Origin: Epithemia pelagica | Taxonomy: Eukaryota; Protista; Bacillariophyta | Assembly: GCA_946965045.2 (NCBI GenBank) | Contig: OX337235.1 | Span: 1,178,001-1,242,000, forward strand | Reading direction: 5' to 3' | Length of the DNA stretch: 64,000 nucleotides | Part shown: positions 8,301 to 19,017 of the stretch, one piece after another | How positions within the stretch are numbered: the stretch's first letter is position 1 | How the letters are laid out: each line of letters starts with the position of its first letter | The notes under the pieces: generated by a model | Databases searched by the model: none | What the model saw: only the letters and a program-made list of their open reading frames with translations | What the model was told of the DNA's origin: nothing | Translations under genes and position numbers: made by a program

Positions 8301-11070
8301 CATTGATAAGAGTCTCCATGGCACCACGAAACCGGATGTTGTCCTGAAGAGTATTGACAAACTGTTTGGTTGACTTGATCCCATAGATATCAGTAACCAG
8401 AGTATCTCGACCAACAAAGATTTGTGCGACTTTACCGCCATGGTCAACAGCAGGGGTGTCGGAGAAAACCGAGTCAGTAGCAACGGGTTCATGGCGTCGA
8501 GGTATATTAAGGACCGGATTGCGAGCCTTGAAATGTTTCTTGAGGGTGTCGTGGTCAAAAGTAATGCTACCATTACGTGTAGTGTGCTTGAACGTATCGG
8601 CAATAACATCTTCAGATTGCCAACCAAAGAATGGACGGAACTTCTTCCAGTCATACGCTTCCTGGTAACGACGGTGGACAGAGGCATGAAGTGTAGGATC
8701 ATTACCTTCTGCGTCAGCATAGATAGAAAAGAAGGGTGCGTCGTCAGGTCCATGATCGTATGGGAGATCCAAAAGGAGATTGAGGTTACAAACAACACGA
8801 TCAGTGTACTCCCCATAGTTGTCATATGGATGGTTCGACATACTACCATCAGTCTTGACGTGTTTCCAATCAGGATCATTGTCAGAGGGTGTGGGAGAAT
8901 ACGAATGGTCCAGAACACCAGGATCCCATGTGTCGGGTGACGTGAAGATGATCTGAGGTAAGGTATCCATGTCATCGTCGCTGGGGATACCCAAGGAGTG
9001 GATGTAGGCTAACCCATCCTTGATGTGAAGAGGTATAGCACGACCATCAAGTGTAGTGATGCGTTGTTTACCATCAACTTTAACAGATCGTTCATCAACA
9101 GCAAGTCCGAAATGCTCGAATTGACCAGGAGCATGGATAGATAAGCCCTTTCCATAATAAGCATATTCATTGAAGATGCCGACAATAGGTCCATCATTGG
9201 TCTCAAACTTTGCGGCACATGTGACGACAGGAAGTCCAGTAAGTTCATGGTTATCAATACCCACAATAGTGATATGGCGGCCAGTCTTAGAAAGGATGCG
9301 CATGTCAGAACCAGCAAGTCCTCCATTAGCACCACGGTCAATCAATTGATTTCCTGGTAAAGTAGATTTCCTGGAAAACAAATAGCGTGGAACATGTCCT
9401 GCTTGTTTATGCATGTTGGCTTTGAAAGTAACCTTCTTGCTCGTCTTGGACTTGGCGTTAGAAAGAACACTAGTCAGGTCAGTTGCCGGGTGATTGATAT
9501 CAGTCGTCATGGCTTGGTTGATAAATTGTGTAACCGGATCTGAATCATCTGGATGCTCAGGGACTACGCCAGGTGAGTCGTCATCAGATGCAACTTGGTT
9601 GGGGTCAGGATCAGGTTCCGGATCAATGTCGAGGGCATGTGTTTGCACTTTCCTCGGTGTTGTTGATGAAGGTGCTCGAATCATCTTGTTATACTCAATG
9701 ATCAACTTGCGATCTTCTTCAGAAAGTTTGAACCATAGGTCACGCGGTAGACTAACCTTGGACGAAGAGGATGGAGATTCAGATGTCGCTCTGGTGTTGT
9801 GGACATGATACTCCATATCATCTTGTGAGGTTATGTCAGCATCTGTATCTTGGCCATATAGTGATTCATGTTGTTTGACATGTCGACGGCAACTATGAAC
9901 AGATGACTGGGTTGCTTGATCATGGTCATAAGCTGCGTCTAGAAGGAGACGGAAGTATGATTGATAGCAAAGGGATTTTGCACCGGATTTGGTGTTCACC
10001 ACATTATCCAAGATCTTGACTCGGCGGAGATCAGGTACCTTTTCTACAGCTTGCATGAGGAAGGTCATCCTGGTATGATCAGGGATGTGATCAGACAATG
10101 TCACTAGATTGTCTAGCAAACGTAGCTGCTCTTGAAAGTGTAGAAGAAATTGACGTGTTGTTCCGCGCCATGTGTCGTCAAGACGTAGATTGGAAATGTA
10201 GTTGGTTAAACGGAGGACTTCTCGCTTTGCTAGGTCGGATTCGGTATGCAAAGAGTGTAACTTCTGCAATACGGCACGCACATCTTCATCATGTTCATGT
10301 TCACGTACATAGGCTCGACCTTGGTCAGTCTGAATGATACGGACAAGAACAGAGTAAAGAAATACTTGTTGCTCTTGAAAAAGTTCTTCGGCATACTCAT
10401 CATCATGGGGTCGTGTGTATTTGAAATTCAGAACGTTGGATAGGCCTTGAGCCTTAGCTGTAGTCTTGAATACACGCCAGAATGAATCGTAGTATCGTTC
10501 ATCCTTGAATACCTCATATGCAGTTGCGTCGCGTTTAGTTCCCTTTCTGAATGCTGTAAGGTCTTGTTGAGATTGGGATGCGGCAGTAACTGTGCTGACA
10601 GATTTCACAAATGACGGTGACTTCATTGGCGAGACTGGGACTTGGCTAGGTGGTCCCTTAGAGAAATCTGTGTTGATCCTCCAAGTGTTGAACTCTTTCC
10701 TCGTTAGGTTCATCCAGTCGCTATTGGATAGCTCGTCTTGAATTTCATTGGTCTTGTATATGGCCCAATAAGCCAAGAGCTTGATCTGCTGTCTTGTGGG
10801 GCCTTGTAGATCATGTGTCTGTTTGTTGACCTTGTATTGTGTCAGTTCCTTCATGGATTCCTCGGTATTAGTTTGCATATACGAGATAACATGGGTAATG
10901 TTCTCAAAACCATGGTATTTCATCCACTTCATTAAGTAGTCGGCCCTTTCCTTGGTAAAGAATTGGCAGACAGTAAATATGATGTGGTCGAATAGGTCTG
11001 TGTTCGAGACATTGTCTTGGTTATCTTCTCCCTTAGGAGTCGTAGGTGTCTTGGGTGATTGAGGATCCAT
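5383..11070 (-). CDS. Gag-Pol polyprotein of copia 1 (1895 aa)
   Basis: Protease LIDRGANGG; integrase VATDSVF / INDGG / KAENRY; RT HKARLVADGH, LYGLKSSG, YVDDL; RNase H YVDANL, YGDN, NPADIL. The RNase H Glu position reads Lys (TYGSKF). Confidence 0.95.
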   Translation of the reverse strand: MDPQSPKTPTTPKGEDNQDNVSNTDLFDHIIFTVCQFFTKERADYLMKWMKYHGFENITHVISYMQTNTEESMKELTQYKVNKQTHDLQGPTRQQIKLLAYWAIYKTNEIQDELSNSDWMNLTRKEFNTWRINTDFSKGPPSQVPVSPMKSPSFVKSVSTVTAASQSQQDLTAFRKGTKRDATAYEVFKDERYYDSFWRVFKTTAKAQGLSNVLNFKYTRPHDDEYAEELFQEQQVFLYSVLVRIIQTDQGRAYVREHEHDEDVRAVLQKLHSLHTESDLAKREVLRLTNYISNLRLDDTWRGTTRQFLLHFQEQLRLLDNLVTLSDHIPDHTRMTFLMQAVEKVPDLRRVKILDNVVNTKSGAKSLCYQSYFRLLLDAAYDHDQATQSSVHSCRRHVKQHESLYGQDTDADITSQDDMEYHVHNTRATSESPSSSSKVSLPRDLWFKLSEEDRKLIIEYNKMIRAPSSTTPRKVQTHALDIDPEPDPDPNQVASDDDSPGVVPEHPDDSDPVTQFINQAMTTDINHPATDLTSVLSNAKSKTSKKVTFKANMHKQAGHVPRYLFSRKSTLPGNQLIDRGANGGLAGSDMRILSKTGRHITIVGIDNHELTGLPVVTCAAKFETNDGPIVGIFNEYAYYGKGLSIHAPGQFEHFGLAVDERSVKVDGKQRITTLDGRAIPLHIKDGLAYIHSLGIPSDDDMDTLPQIIFTSPDTWDPGVLDHSYSPTPSDNDPDWKHVKTDGSMSNHPYDNYGEYTDRVVCNLNLLLDLPYDHGPDDAPFFSIYADAEGNDPTLHASVHRRYQEAYDWKKFRPFFGWQSEDVIADTFKHTTRNGSITFDHDTLKKHFKARNPVLNIPRRHEPVATDSVFSDTPAVDHGGKVAQIFVGRDTLVTDIYGIKSTKQFVNTLQDNIRFRGAMETLINDGGSSLISQKVKDILRTLLIGEYRSEPYHQHQNKAENRYQTVKRMTNALMNATGCPANTWLLCLEYVCDLLNHTSSPTHSGRTPLEALSGRPPDITHLLFFPFWDEVYYRVDPAEPNSGSYPSSSDEKLGHWVGFAHNVGDSFTWKILTQDNQIIYRSAVRRVESTTPNLRVDRPSGEDLSEKDDNDKQADTVFIRSDSEDPSKPMPTIDFDDMIGRTFLCDTEENGERHRARVIKRVIDLNEEATKQEERVKYIYRKTNSDVDEMISYNQLMEYIERDNQAQTSGDNLFRFRDVIAHQGPLNTTDPDYKGSKYNLLVDWETGETTYEPLSLIANDDPITVAIYGKKHGLLNEPGWKHLKRYVKTSKRLIRAAKQSRIKQVHHSVKYKFGFQVPRNYEEAVALDKQHGNTKWQDATELELSQIQSYKTFKDFGKAIFIKGKVSNAPEGYHKIRVHLVFDVKHDGRHKARLVADGHLTKEPVETIYSGVVSIRNLRIALFLGTLNDLEIWGADIGNAYLEALTGEKIFIVAGPEFKELEGHILIIYKALYGLKSSGTRWHDVLFDVLTDMGFSPSKADPDIWMRKAPGEDCYEYIAVYVDDLAIISTDPGNICKILKEKYNFKLKGDGPIDFHLGCCYTKDSDGTLVADPRRYIGKMMDTFERIFKEKPKKAKTPLIGGDHPELDDSELLDEEGTSHFQTLIGQLQWVITIGRFDVFTATMTLSRFRAAPRKGHLDRAKRIYGYLAHLPEGAIRFRIGEPDYSSLPTQEFDWTRTVYSNASERIPEDCPTPLGRYVTTTHYVDANLMHDIVTGKSVTAVLHLLNGTPIDWYSKRQSTVETATYGSKFVAARTAIDQITELRHSLRYLGVPIRERSYMYGDNRSVVLNATVPHSILSKRHHLLSYHRVREAIAAKYVAFYWKDGKTNPADILSKHWDFVSIWPMLKPLLFWKGEVQDLNKSNDDKAETTSCGEC

Positions 11071-11390
11071 GGTGTTATTTGGTTGGTTCGATGTTTATTT
11101 AATGTGCGGTGTGATGTGGTTTATTTAATGTGTGATGTGATGTGAACCCGGATGTACCACGTGTGCCACGTATGTACCACGTATGTGATACCCGGATGTG
11201 TGTTGTGATGTGCGACTCCTGGAAATTTCCGTTGATTCCGACAAATTTTCGCCGAGTTTCAACAAATTTTCGCCGAATTTTCGCGATTTGACGGGAATGT
11301 GTGGCGTGTTGTGCGACCAAGGGTACCCGGATGTGCGTTGAGTTTAAGTCTTGGAAAGGTTTTGAGAGGACGGGAGTTAACTATGAGTAA

Positions 11391-12170
11391 TTAAGCTTCG
11401 GTCTCCGAATCCCCACTCTCTTCCGAATAATCAGAGTCGTTTCCAGGCTCAGATGGGGCAGCACAAGCAACAGAAGAAGGGGTATCACCTTCAGCCAGGT
11501 GGTTCTCGACCTCGGTACGCAAAGGGAAGATAGTTGCACGATGGTCCTCGATGGTATGGACCTCGTGGATGTAGGCAACGTAGTTATCTAGGCGTACAAC
11601 GTTAGGAGGCAGAGGGCAAGTCGTCGCGTTCACGACGTGGATGGTATTGTAGTATCCAGTTGGGCGCTCGAAGGTTAGGAAGCAGAGGTGGACAGTACGG
11701 ATGGGGTTGCCCGAGAGGGCGGCCAGGATGAGGCGACGCCTCGGAAAACGATGAAGTTGGTCGTTCAGACGGTCAATGTCTTCTTGGTCGACGATGTGGG
11801 TCACCGATTGGAACTGGCGTTCGATCTGGGTCTCCCCACGGATGATCTCGGGATCGAAGGTCGAACAAGTTGGTTGACGGAAGTACTTGATATGATCAGC
11901 AATCAACCGGGTGGTACGACGGGATCGAGAAGGGACGAGCCGACGAGGCGGACTCGGGGGCCGAAGCAACGGCGCAGGGATCGGAGCGTGAGGCTGGGTT
12001 GGAGTCTCGAATGGGTTGCTGTTGGAACTGTCGACGGAGATGTTGACCGATGTGTTGGCTGCCTTCGGCGTCGGCACCAGTTCCTGCTGCACCAGGGTAT
12101 CGGGCTGCCCGGGATGCAGTTTGGCTCGATAGATCTGTCGTACAGGAGTGATAAGCTCGTTAGTATCCAT
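11391..12170 (-). CDS. Extra ORF (259 aa, unknown function) between the PBS and gag-pol of copia 1
   Basis: ATG 23 nt after the PBS, same strand as gag-pol. Pro/Ser/Arg-rich N half, globular-looking middle, acidic tail. No recognisable family. Confidence 0.6.
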   Translation of the reverse strand: MDTNELITPVRQIYRAKLHPGQPDTLVQQELVPTPKAANTSVNISVDSSNSNPFETPTQPHAPIPAPLLRPPSPPRRLVPSRSRRTTRLIADHIKYFRQPTCSTFDPEIIRGETQIERQFQSVTHIVDQEDIDRLNDQLHRFPRRRLILAALSGNPIRTVHLCFLTFERPTGYYNTIHVVNATTCPLPPNVVRLDNYVAYIHEVHTIEDHRATIFPLRTEVENHLAEGDTPSSVACAAPSEPGNDSDYSEESGDSETEA

Positions 12171-12192
12171 GAAACCACAAGGAAATAAGCTT

Positions 12193-12206
12193 TGAGACTG
12201 TTAATC
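12193..12206 (-). other. Primer-binding site of copia 1 (GATTAACAGTCTCA)
   Basis: Directly abuts the 5' LTR. The same sequence follows the 5' LTR of copia 2. Confidence 0.85.
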
Positions 12207-12989
12207 TGTTACAATTCTTTCTGAATCGTAGGGACATTGATGCTCGGTAGAGCAGACAATCAGGTAGGTCACCAACCGATACAAGCTTCTCAGGGTCAGA
12301 GAAGCAAGCAAGTCGAAGTCTATCAGAAGGATAGTCGGGACACAAAAGAAGATGTGATAAATGGTGATATTGTTAGATTGTGTGTTGATTACTACGATAG
12401 GTCTACGTGAAATGTTCGGTCCTGCCAAGGGTCATGTATCATAGGTTCTTGGCGGCAACAGGTTTGGAATAGTTGGAGTCGATTCATGTGATGTATATGA
12501 CATGTATATGTGGGCGGATAACATATACAGGGTCAACAGCTCTTGCTTTGGGTTGGCATAGTTGTTTTCATGGCGCGCAGCTTGTTGACAATTTGGAGAT
12601 TGTGGGAATGGAAATATGGTCTCGCGTGATCGTGTGTCGTGCTTGGGATACTTAGACCGTTGGGTCGGATAGATGCCGACAGCGCTCGGATGTCGCTTGG
12701 GTGCGCTCGATGATTTCGGGCGCGTGCGCTTAGGGCGTTAGTATAATGTCCGAGCAACGGCCAAATTTACGTCCGTTGTAATACCGCACGACCCAGTTTA
12801 GTCTTGAGAGTGAGTTCGTCAATCTATTCTCACTTTTCATGATTTGCGAAGAAATATAGGTCGATATAGCGCGAAGCTAGGGAACATAGCTTGAAGCTAG
12901 ATGGCATGATGCGATAGCACGAGGCTATGTGACATGGGGAATCGATGAGATGTAGAATCTAACCACCCTAGACGGTGAGAATTCTAACA
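12207..12989 (-). repeat. 5' LTR of copia 1 (783 bp)
   Basis: Direct repeat of 4606-5388, followed by TSD AGGTT. Confidence 0.97.
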
Positions 12990-15900
12990 AGGTTCCATGT
13001 GGGGCAAGCGAATATCGACATGCTGGAGTATCGGCTTGCTAATACCTGCCAAGAATTGTCCCCATGACACTGCGATTAGAGCTAATTTCGAAGCAACTCC
13101 TTGAGATCGTACACAAGCGAGAAAGAGATAGATCTGGCTGACGCTCTTTTCCACGGATAAATCTCGTAATGCCAAACCTCCATATTCCGCAGGACCGTAT
13201 ACCACAGCGTTGGGAGTGTTGCGGTTAAATCCGTACTTGGGTAGGAACACTTGCTTGAAAGAACATTGTAATGACCGACAGTTCGAATCCGACAGAGTAG
13301 AAGAGGGAAGAGGATAAGTCATACTGGGCAAGTAGATCGAGTGGTAGTAAGCCCAAGAGTCTACGCGATTGAAGGGACTGTTAGCCATAGTTCGAGTATG
13401 AACTTTGTTCTTCTTTTCAAGTGCTGCATAGAGTTCGTTGTCGGTGCATTTGGGTGATTTTTGTACGCCAAGGGTTTTGTGGCACGCATACGAGGAGAGC
13501 TGTCGAAGCTTTTGAGGTTGGTCTGTGCCATCTAAGCGAATTGTAACATCTGGTCCACACCTGCCAACTTGTAAATTGGGTAATCCGTCTATGCTGAACG
13601 TGTAATGCATGAAGTGATAGGTGCATTTTTCGAGGTTGAGAGCACCGCCAGAGAGACTTAGCGTGTCATTCCAACGTTGAGCGTCGTGGGTGGCCTTGGA
13701 AATGTATGAGTCGAGTGGGGCTTGAGTAGGTAAAGCAAATTCATTTGTACTCCCACTTGTATCGTCAACAAAGCCGATCATGTAGATCTTCGTTTTGTAC
13801 TTGCCGCAAGGAGATTCGAATGTTGCCCCGTGAGCTTTCTCTTCGTATACGTCAAAGAGCACACAGCTGATCACACACCAGATCGCTGGTGAGTTTCCCG
13901 CGCCTTGTCCTGATCCGTAGATCGGAAAGATCTGACAATGTTTGTAGAATCTTTCTGAGACACCGAGTTTAGTTTTTAAATAATATTTCGCTTCAGCCAA
14001 ATTCTTTGCATTGATAAAGGTAATAGAACGATGCTGTCCAAAGGCGCGAGAAGCAAGACTGCCGAAATTCATCACGATACGGTCATAACAAGCAGTGGCG
14101 TCATAGTCCATATGGACTAAGGGACGTTTACTTGCTCGCGATATCTCATATTGCATTTCTTCGATGAAAGTAGGGATTACTGCGTCTTTGCCGGGTACTC
14201 CACCAAACTGCAAAGGATTGAGAACCTGTTGATTAGAGCAATGCGAGATCATTTTCTTCCACTTGGTGGCCAAGACAAGATTATAGTCTTGCTCGTATAA
14301 GTGGATAACCCTTAGTCGATGAATTTTTAGATTGCCTGGTTGTTTAAGGATCATTACGTGCACAATATGCTTCCATCGTTCGTAACAGTAGCTGTTCAAC
14401 AAGGCTGTATTCAGAAGTCCAAGTTGCCAATCAATCAAGTCCTCTCGTTTGTGTTCCAGAGCTTCGTACTCGGTTGATTGTGATTGTGGGTCGAGGTCAG
14501 TCGGAGCAATAAGAACTTTACTATGTCCAAGATGAAATCCCGACGGAGACGTGGTAGTCGACTCGGGCCATGCTTTGATCTTTCCAATCCATTCTTCTTT
14601 CGTGAGACCGCCTTGGACACTATCGAGTTCAACTCGCGCTTTCATGTGTGATATCATGCTCTGAGAAAGTTCATCGATGTCGGGTGGTTCCCAATTGCCT
14701 TCTAAAATGAGCTCGGCGGTAAGACTAGAAGCTCCCCAGTCCACCCACTCCGAAAAAGGGGGTATCGTTGGATAGGTGTTTTCTGCCTGGCCAAAGTGGC
14801 GGCGGTTACGTTGTAGCAACCGAGTTTCAATTTCTGACGGTGTATCAATCGTAATCCAGTCTCGGCAAGTCGCGTAATCCATGTCGTTTTCGTCTCTTGG
14901 AACATCTAACCGGGTAATACCGTTTTTGGTAGAGCCTCTGCACTTGCGGAGTTTATCGTACATGGCTTTTGTTCTTTCAGCAGCCATTCTATGTTTGATT
15001 GCTTTAGACGTTTTGGTGTCACCTGTTTTTGTTGCTTCGTCAAGCGCCAGTTTTAGTTCATTCTGCCTTCGAAAAACGGCTGTTTTGGTAATTTCAGAGA
15101 TTTGTCTTTGTACTGAACGAAGTTGTGTTTGACATTCTTCCAGGGAATCCGGAACAAGAAAGGAGTGGCCATGACGGGTGGTATGTTGTAAACCTGCGTC
15201 AAAGTTCCGATTGAGGCGAATAGAGGATATTACTTTCAGGAGCGTGTTCTTTTGAACTCTCAATTCTGCAAGTTCGCGGGAAAACGGGATGGATCTTGGT
15301 TTCTTAGTACATCTTTTTGCGGCGTAGCTCCCAGCTCTTTGAAAGTCTTTATCGAGTCGCTCTGCTAGGTTTGGGTCCCAAGTCTCTCTCAGTTGTTGAA
15401 GTCGCGGTCCAAAGTTATGGCGTATCAGAAACTCATGTTTCGACTCAATATACTGGCGATTCGTAGCTCGGTCCTTGCTGGTGAATCCACGGGCTGACAT
15501 AGGTCCAAGAGCAGGTGTTTCATTGCCAAATAATTCTACCACGTCAAAGTCCACAACCATGTTACGGTGGTCGCCTCGTCCTCGTTTCTGGAAGGGTTCG
15601 TAACACCCAGTTAGTGCAGCTTGTGCGGCGTTTGGCGTACATAATATATAGTCTATCCTCTCGTGCCCTGAGACGTGTGTTCCAAAGGTAGACGATCCTG
15701 TGAGTTGGTACATGAGATCCACTAGTCCTCTGTCTGACTGTAGTTTCAACATTCCTGTCATTGAGTCGCCCAGCGCTTCATTGAAATCTCCCATGAGTAT
15801 CACTTCTGATTGTTGTGACTGACGGGCCTCTTTAAACTTGTTCAAATCTTCAATGAATGCTACTCTCGGTGTAATATCCCGACCGGCTTGTCGCAGTAAG

Positions 15901-16556
15901 CTAATTTGTTGGGCTGATGCTGTGAAACTCCTGATTCTGTTAGTTGTCGAGTCAATCAGAGGCTGAGAGCATACTTGGTACGCTGTGATTATTGTAACAG
16001 ACTTCTGCCCTCTTCCGGATAAGATCTGATAGCTCCATCTCCCAAGTTTATCATTGCCTTGGCATACCACTCTTCCTGACATGTGTCCTCTGGTTGCTAA
16101 AAGGGTTCCTCCTGGTTTGTAGAATGACCGACGTGGAGAAGGTATCACACTGCTGCTGAGTACCATGCGCGATTGCTCGAAATGTTGCTGTACTGTCTTG
16201 AAAAGTATCTCTTTACATTTTGTGTTCGTAGTATCTAGTTTGGTCTCGTTGATTCCCCATGAGTCTGCTTCTAAGTCGTGTATCTCTTCGCATAGCTCAG
16301 CGAAATCGCCTCCTTGGCTATCGATGGTTAAACCGTTGGGGTTTTTGCAAAATATTCTGTATATATTGGGTGTTTTGGTGGGTGGAGCGGTGCCAATGAG
16401 TTCGTTGTGTGCGTAGTTATGGTGTGCTGTATCATCGAGTGCGTTGAAAAATTCGTGTGCTGGTGAAGTATCAGTGTAGGTTGTAATGGATTCGTCTAAG
16501 TAATCAGTGAAATGATTGTCGCTATGATGACTAACCATTGGTGGTAAAGCTTGCAT
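12990..16556 (-). CDS. LINE ORF2, 5' part (1189 aa): apurinic-like endonuclease and reverse transcriptase
   Basis: APE motifs KNPNG, GINET, MGDFN, IDYIL, GDH; RT motifs DYDATACYD, GSGQGAGNSP, GFVDD, KTLG. The reconstructed ORF2 is 1917 aa. Confidence 0.93.
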
Positions 16557-18267
16557 CGGCGGTCATGCTAACATCCGAAGTCTCGCTGGATGTTTGTTCA
16601 TGGACCATGCTCTCATCAGTAGAAACCCGTGGAGCTGTAATCTTGGAGTCACCAGCGTCACCTTCCTTTGAAGTTTTACGCGCTGTAATGCTCCCGTCGT
16701 TATGTGGACGCTTGTTCGTAGCTGTTGTATCGTCGTTGCTGGATGCATGTTTAGTTGCGGCTTGTGGTTCGTTCTTCTCGGCGCAGATTGCCTGTCGTAC
16801 AATCAGAGCGATACGATCGTCTTCACTAGATTGCCTTGACATGAGTTGTTCAAATTTGTCCTTCAAACTGATCAATTCATTTTCCAAACGTTCATTACGT
16901 GTGCGAAGTTTGTCGTAGTCTTCCTGTGTAATCTGGCTTTGACTGCCTGTATCGTTGGTTACAACTGTTTTGGTTTCGACAACAGATGGGATTTGGACTC
17001 GAGCCGTTGACCAGGCTTGCATCACGGGTGTAGAGGTTGCAGGCGGAAGATCGTAAGTCCCATTGATTCCTGAGGTAGAGTTGTGAGTGTAAAGTGTAGA
17101 ACAAGCTGTTACATACGACTGAAAGGATCTTGCTTCACTATTTTCATGTTCTTCATCAGGTCCAAGCATGGGGATGTCACTACGGAAGCAAAGTCGTGGA
17201 TTGGAGACTTGTATTTCTGTCACGTCAATCTTTTCACGCTGTACAATCTCTTCGGTCCAAGCAGCTAAATTCGTACGAATGATTCGAACCACTTCATCGA
17301 AATTGCGTTTGGTCGTGTGGATACTGTAGCGTCCTCTGGTAGCCCATTTTTTGTGTTTTGCAACGATTCCGACTCCTGGAATTTGGCGTAGTTTCAATTC
17401 GACGTAGAACATTGCTTGGGGATGCACTCCTTCAACTGGTACAATTCGACTTCAACTGAGGAACAGGTTCTGACGGATGATAGATTTCTTGTAAGTATCT
17501 GCTCCTTCTTTCATGTGTCTCATCTTGTGGAAAATGAATCGAGGGTTCTTTGCGTAGGTCTTCATCAAGATACTAATCATTGCTTTGGCGTCCGCTTGTC
17601 GGCATTGTAAATCGTAAGCTTTGGTGGAGAGTCGATTGTTGCCATCGGTGTAGGTAAACGGAGACGAGAAGTTACACTTGAACTCGGGGACCTTTCCCAA
17701 AGGAATGTTTGCTTTCACGATGTCGTCTTGAACGGATTTGATCATTTCTTCATTGATTACGTTTGAAGCATCAGTACCCACGAAAAATCCCAGATTTGAT
17801 ACATTGAGGTCGTCCTCAGACCAAGGGTGGATGGTCATGCGTCCTTTAGTGAGTAGAAGTTGATCGGAAACATCGGTATGACGTCGAATTTCACTCAAGG
17901 TGATGCGAGAGCGAAAGCGGTGGATAGCCACGTAGATGGGAATTCGGTTCTTCGTTTCGTTTCCTTTGGAGTAATGCAACTTAAAGTTACGCAGGTAATC
18001 GTTGTAAGACATCAATCGTTTAAAGGCCTTCTTCGACTGTCCATAATTATTGAAGATCTCAATTTCTGGGAAGACTTTCATGATCACATGGAGGGTATCG
18101 TAGTGAGACTTGGCGACGTTAATATTCTCTTTAGGAGAGGGGCGAAAAAGGAACTTAACCACAAATTCTTTCTCTTCACCTTCGTAAGAGATGAATTGGT
18201 TCTTCGTGTTCGGAGTAGAAGTACTGGCATCGTCGATAGACATGCCGTTCGGAGAGCTTTCCGCCAT
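16531..18267 (-). pseudogene. LINE ORF1 (578 codons) interrupted by one in-frame TGA at 17452-17454
   Basis: ORFs 17452-18267 and 16531-17427 are in the same frame (FLS*SRIVPVEGVHPQAMFY). ORF1 overlaps the ORF2 ATG by 26 nt and has a coiled-coil-like stretch near the C-terminus. Confidence 0.8.
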
Positions 18268-18395
18268 GGTGGACAGCCACTCTTTCGGTCACAAGGAGGG
18301 CTACGGTAGGGCCGGTACTAAGAGTACTGATTGGGCCTGATTCTCTTACACAACAGAAAATTAGAGTCTTTCTGTTTTGCTCGACCAGAGAATTA

Positions 18396-18412
18396 TGGTC
18401 GAAAATTGTTCA
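18396..18412 (+). repeat. Right target-site duplication of the LINE
   Basis: Identical to 2272-2288. Confidence 0.9.
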
Positions 18413-18494
18413 GAGGATGGGTGTGGTCGCAAAGGCGACTGGATGATTCAGCGGACGCACTCGTCAGGGAGTATTTGAAGCGTCCGCCAGCAAG

Positions 18495-19017
18495 TCGCAC
18501 AAGGTAGATGACCGTGACTGATCGTACGATGAGTCACGATCAATACCTAGTGGTTTCATCTGGCTGTGACGTCATAATATACAAACACCTAGCACATGTA
18601 GATCGTAGTTTAGACAATGGGGAGAAAGGGAATACGATAGGAGGCGCTTTCAATGGCCTTGGACATGAGCTAGACATCATCCATGAACATGTGCGATATC
18701 TTGGGACGATTGAATGCGATCTAGATGTCAGATGCACACGAACCAGCAATGCTGCGTGTAGATTTCTACGTACCTAGTACAAATGGATGGAAAAGGGGGA
18801 ACAACAACAACGAGCACTAACATAGACGATAACACTCACAATTCTAAAAAGCATCATCATCACATCTCTTTGTGTCCTACCTACTCTTCTAGTAGTTGTT
18901 GGCCTTTTCCTTGACCCGTGGGGGATTGGCTACGTGGTTGGTGCCTTGAATTGTCTAACGCTTTGTTGTATCTTTGATTGTTGTGTCGTAACGACCGGAG
19001 TCCTTCATCTTTTGTCA
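18495..19017 (+). repeat. 5' LTR of copia 2 (523 bp)
   Basis: Identical by eye to 25691-25965 plus 27584-27831 (275 + 248 bp). Confidence 0.95.

Larger units (their letters stand above)
4606..12989 (-). mobile_element. Ty1/copia LTR retrotransposon 1 (CoDi-like), full length 8384 bp, nested in LINE ORF2
   Basis: 783-bp LTRs with TGTTA...TAACA ends, 5-bp TSD AGGTT (4601-4605 and 12990-12994), PBS 12193-12206, and gag-PR-IN-RT-RH order. Confidence 0.97.
2289..18395 (-). mobile_element. Full-length non-LTR retrotransposon (LINE, Ambal-like; APE-RT-RNase H), about 7.7 kb after removing the nested copia
   Basis: 17-bp TSD, 128-nt 5' UTR, ORF1, ORF2 with APE/RT/RNase H/CCHC, about 120-nt 3' UTR and an 8-nt T run on the sense strand (2289-2296). 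The clade name rests on domain order and diatom context. Confidence 0.9.

Noticed and set aside
18756-18769. GTGTAGATTTCTAC contains the half-sites of Cas12a-type repeats
   Set aside because: The halves are in the opposite order, it is a single copy per LTR, and there is no array. It is kept only as the palindromic target of the insertion.
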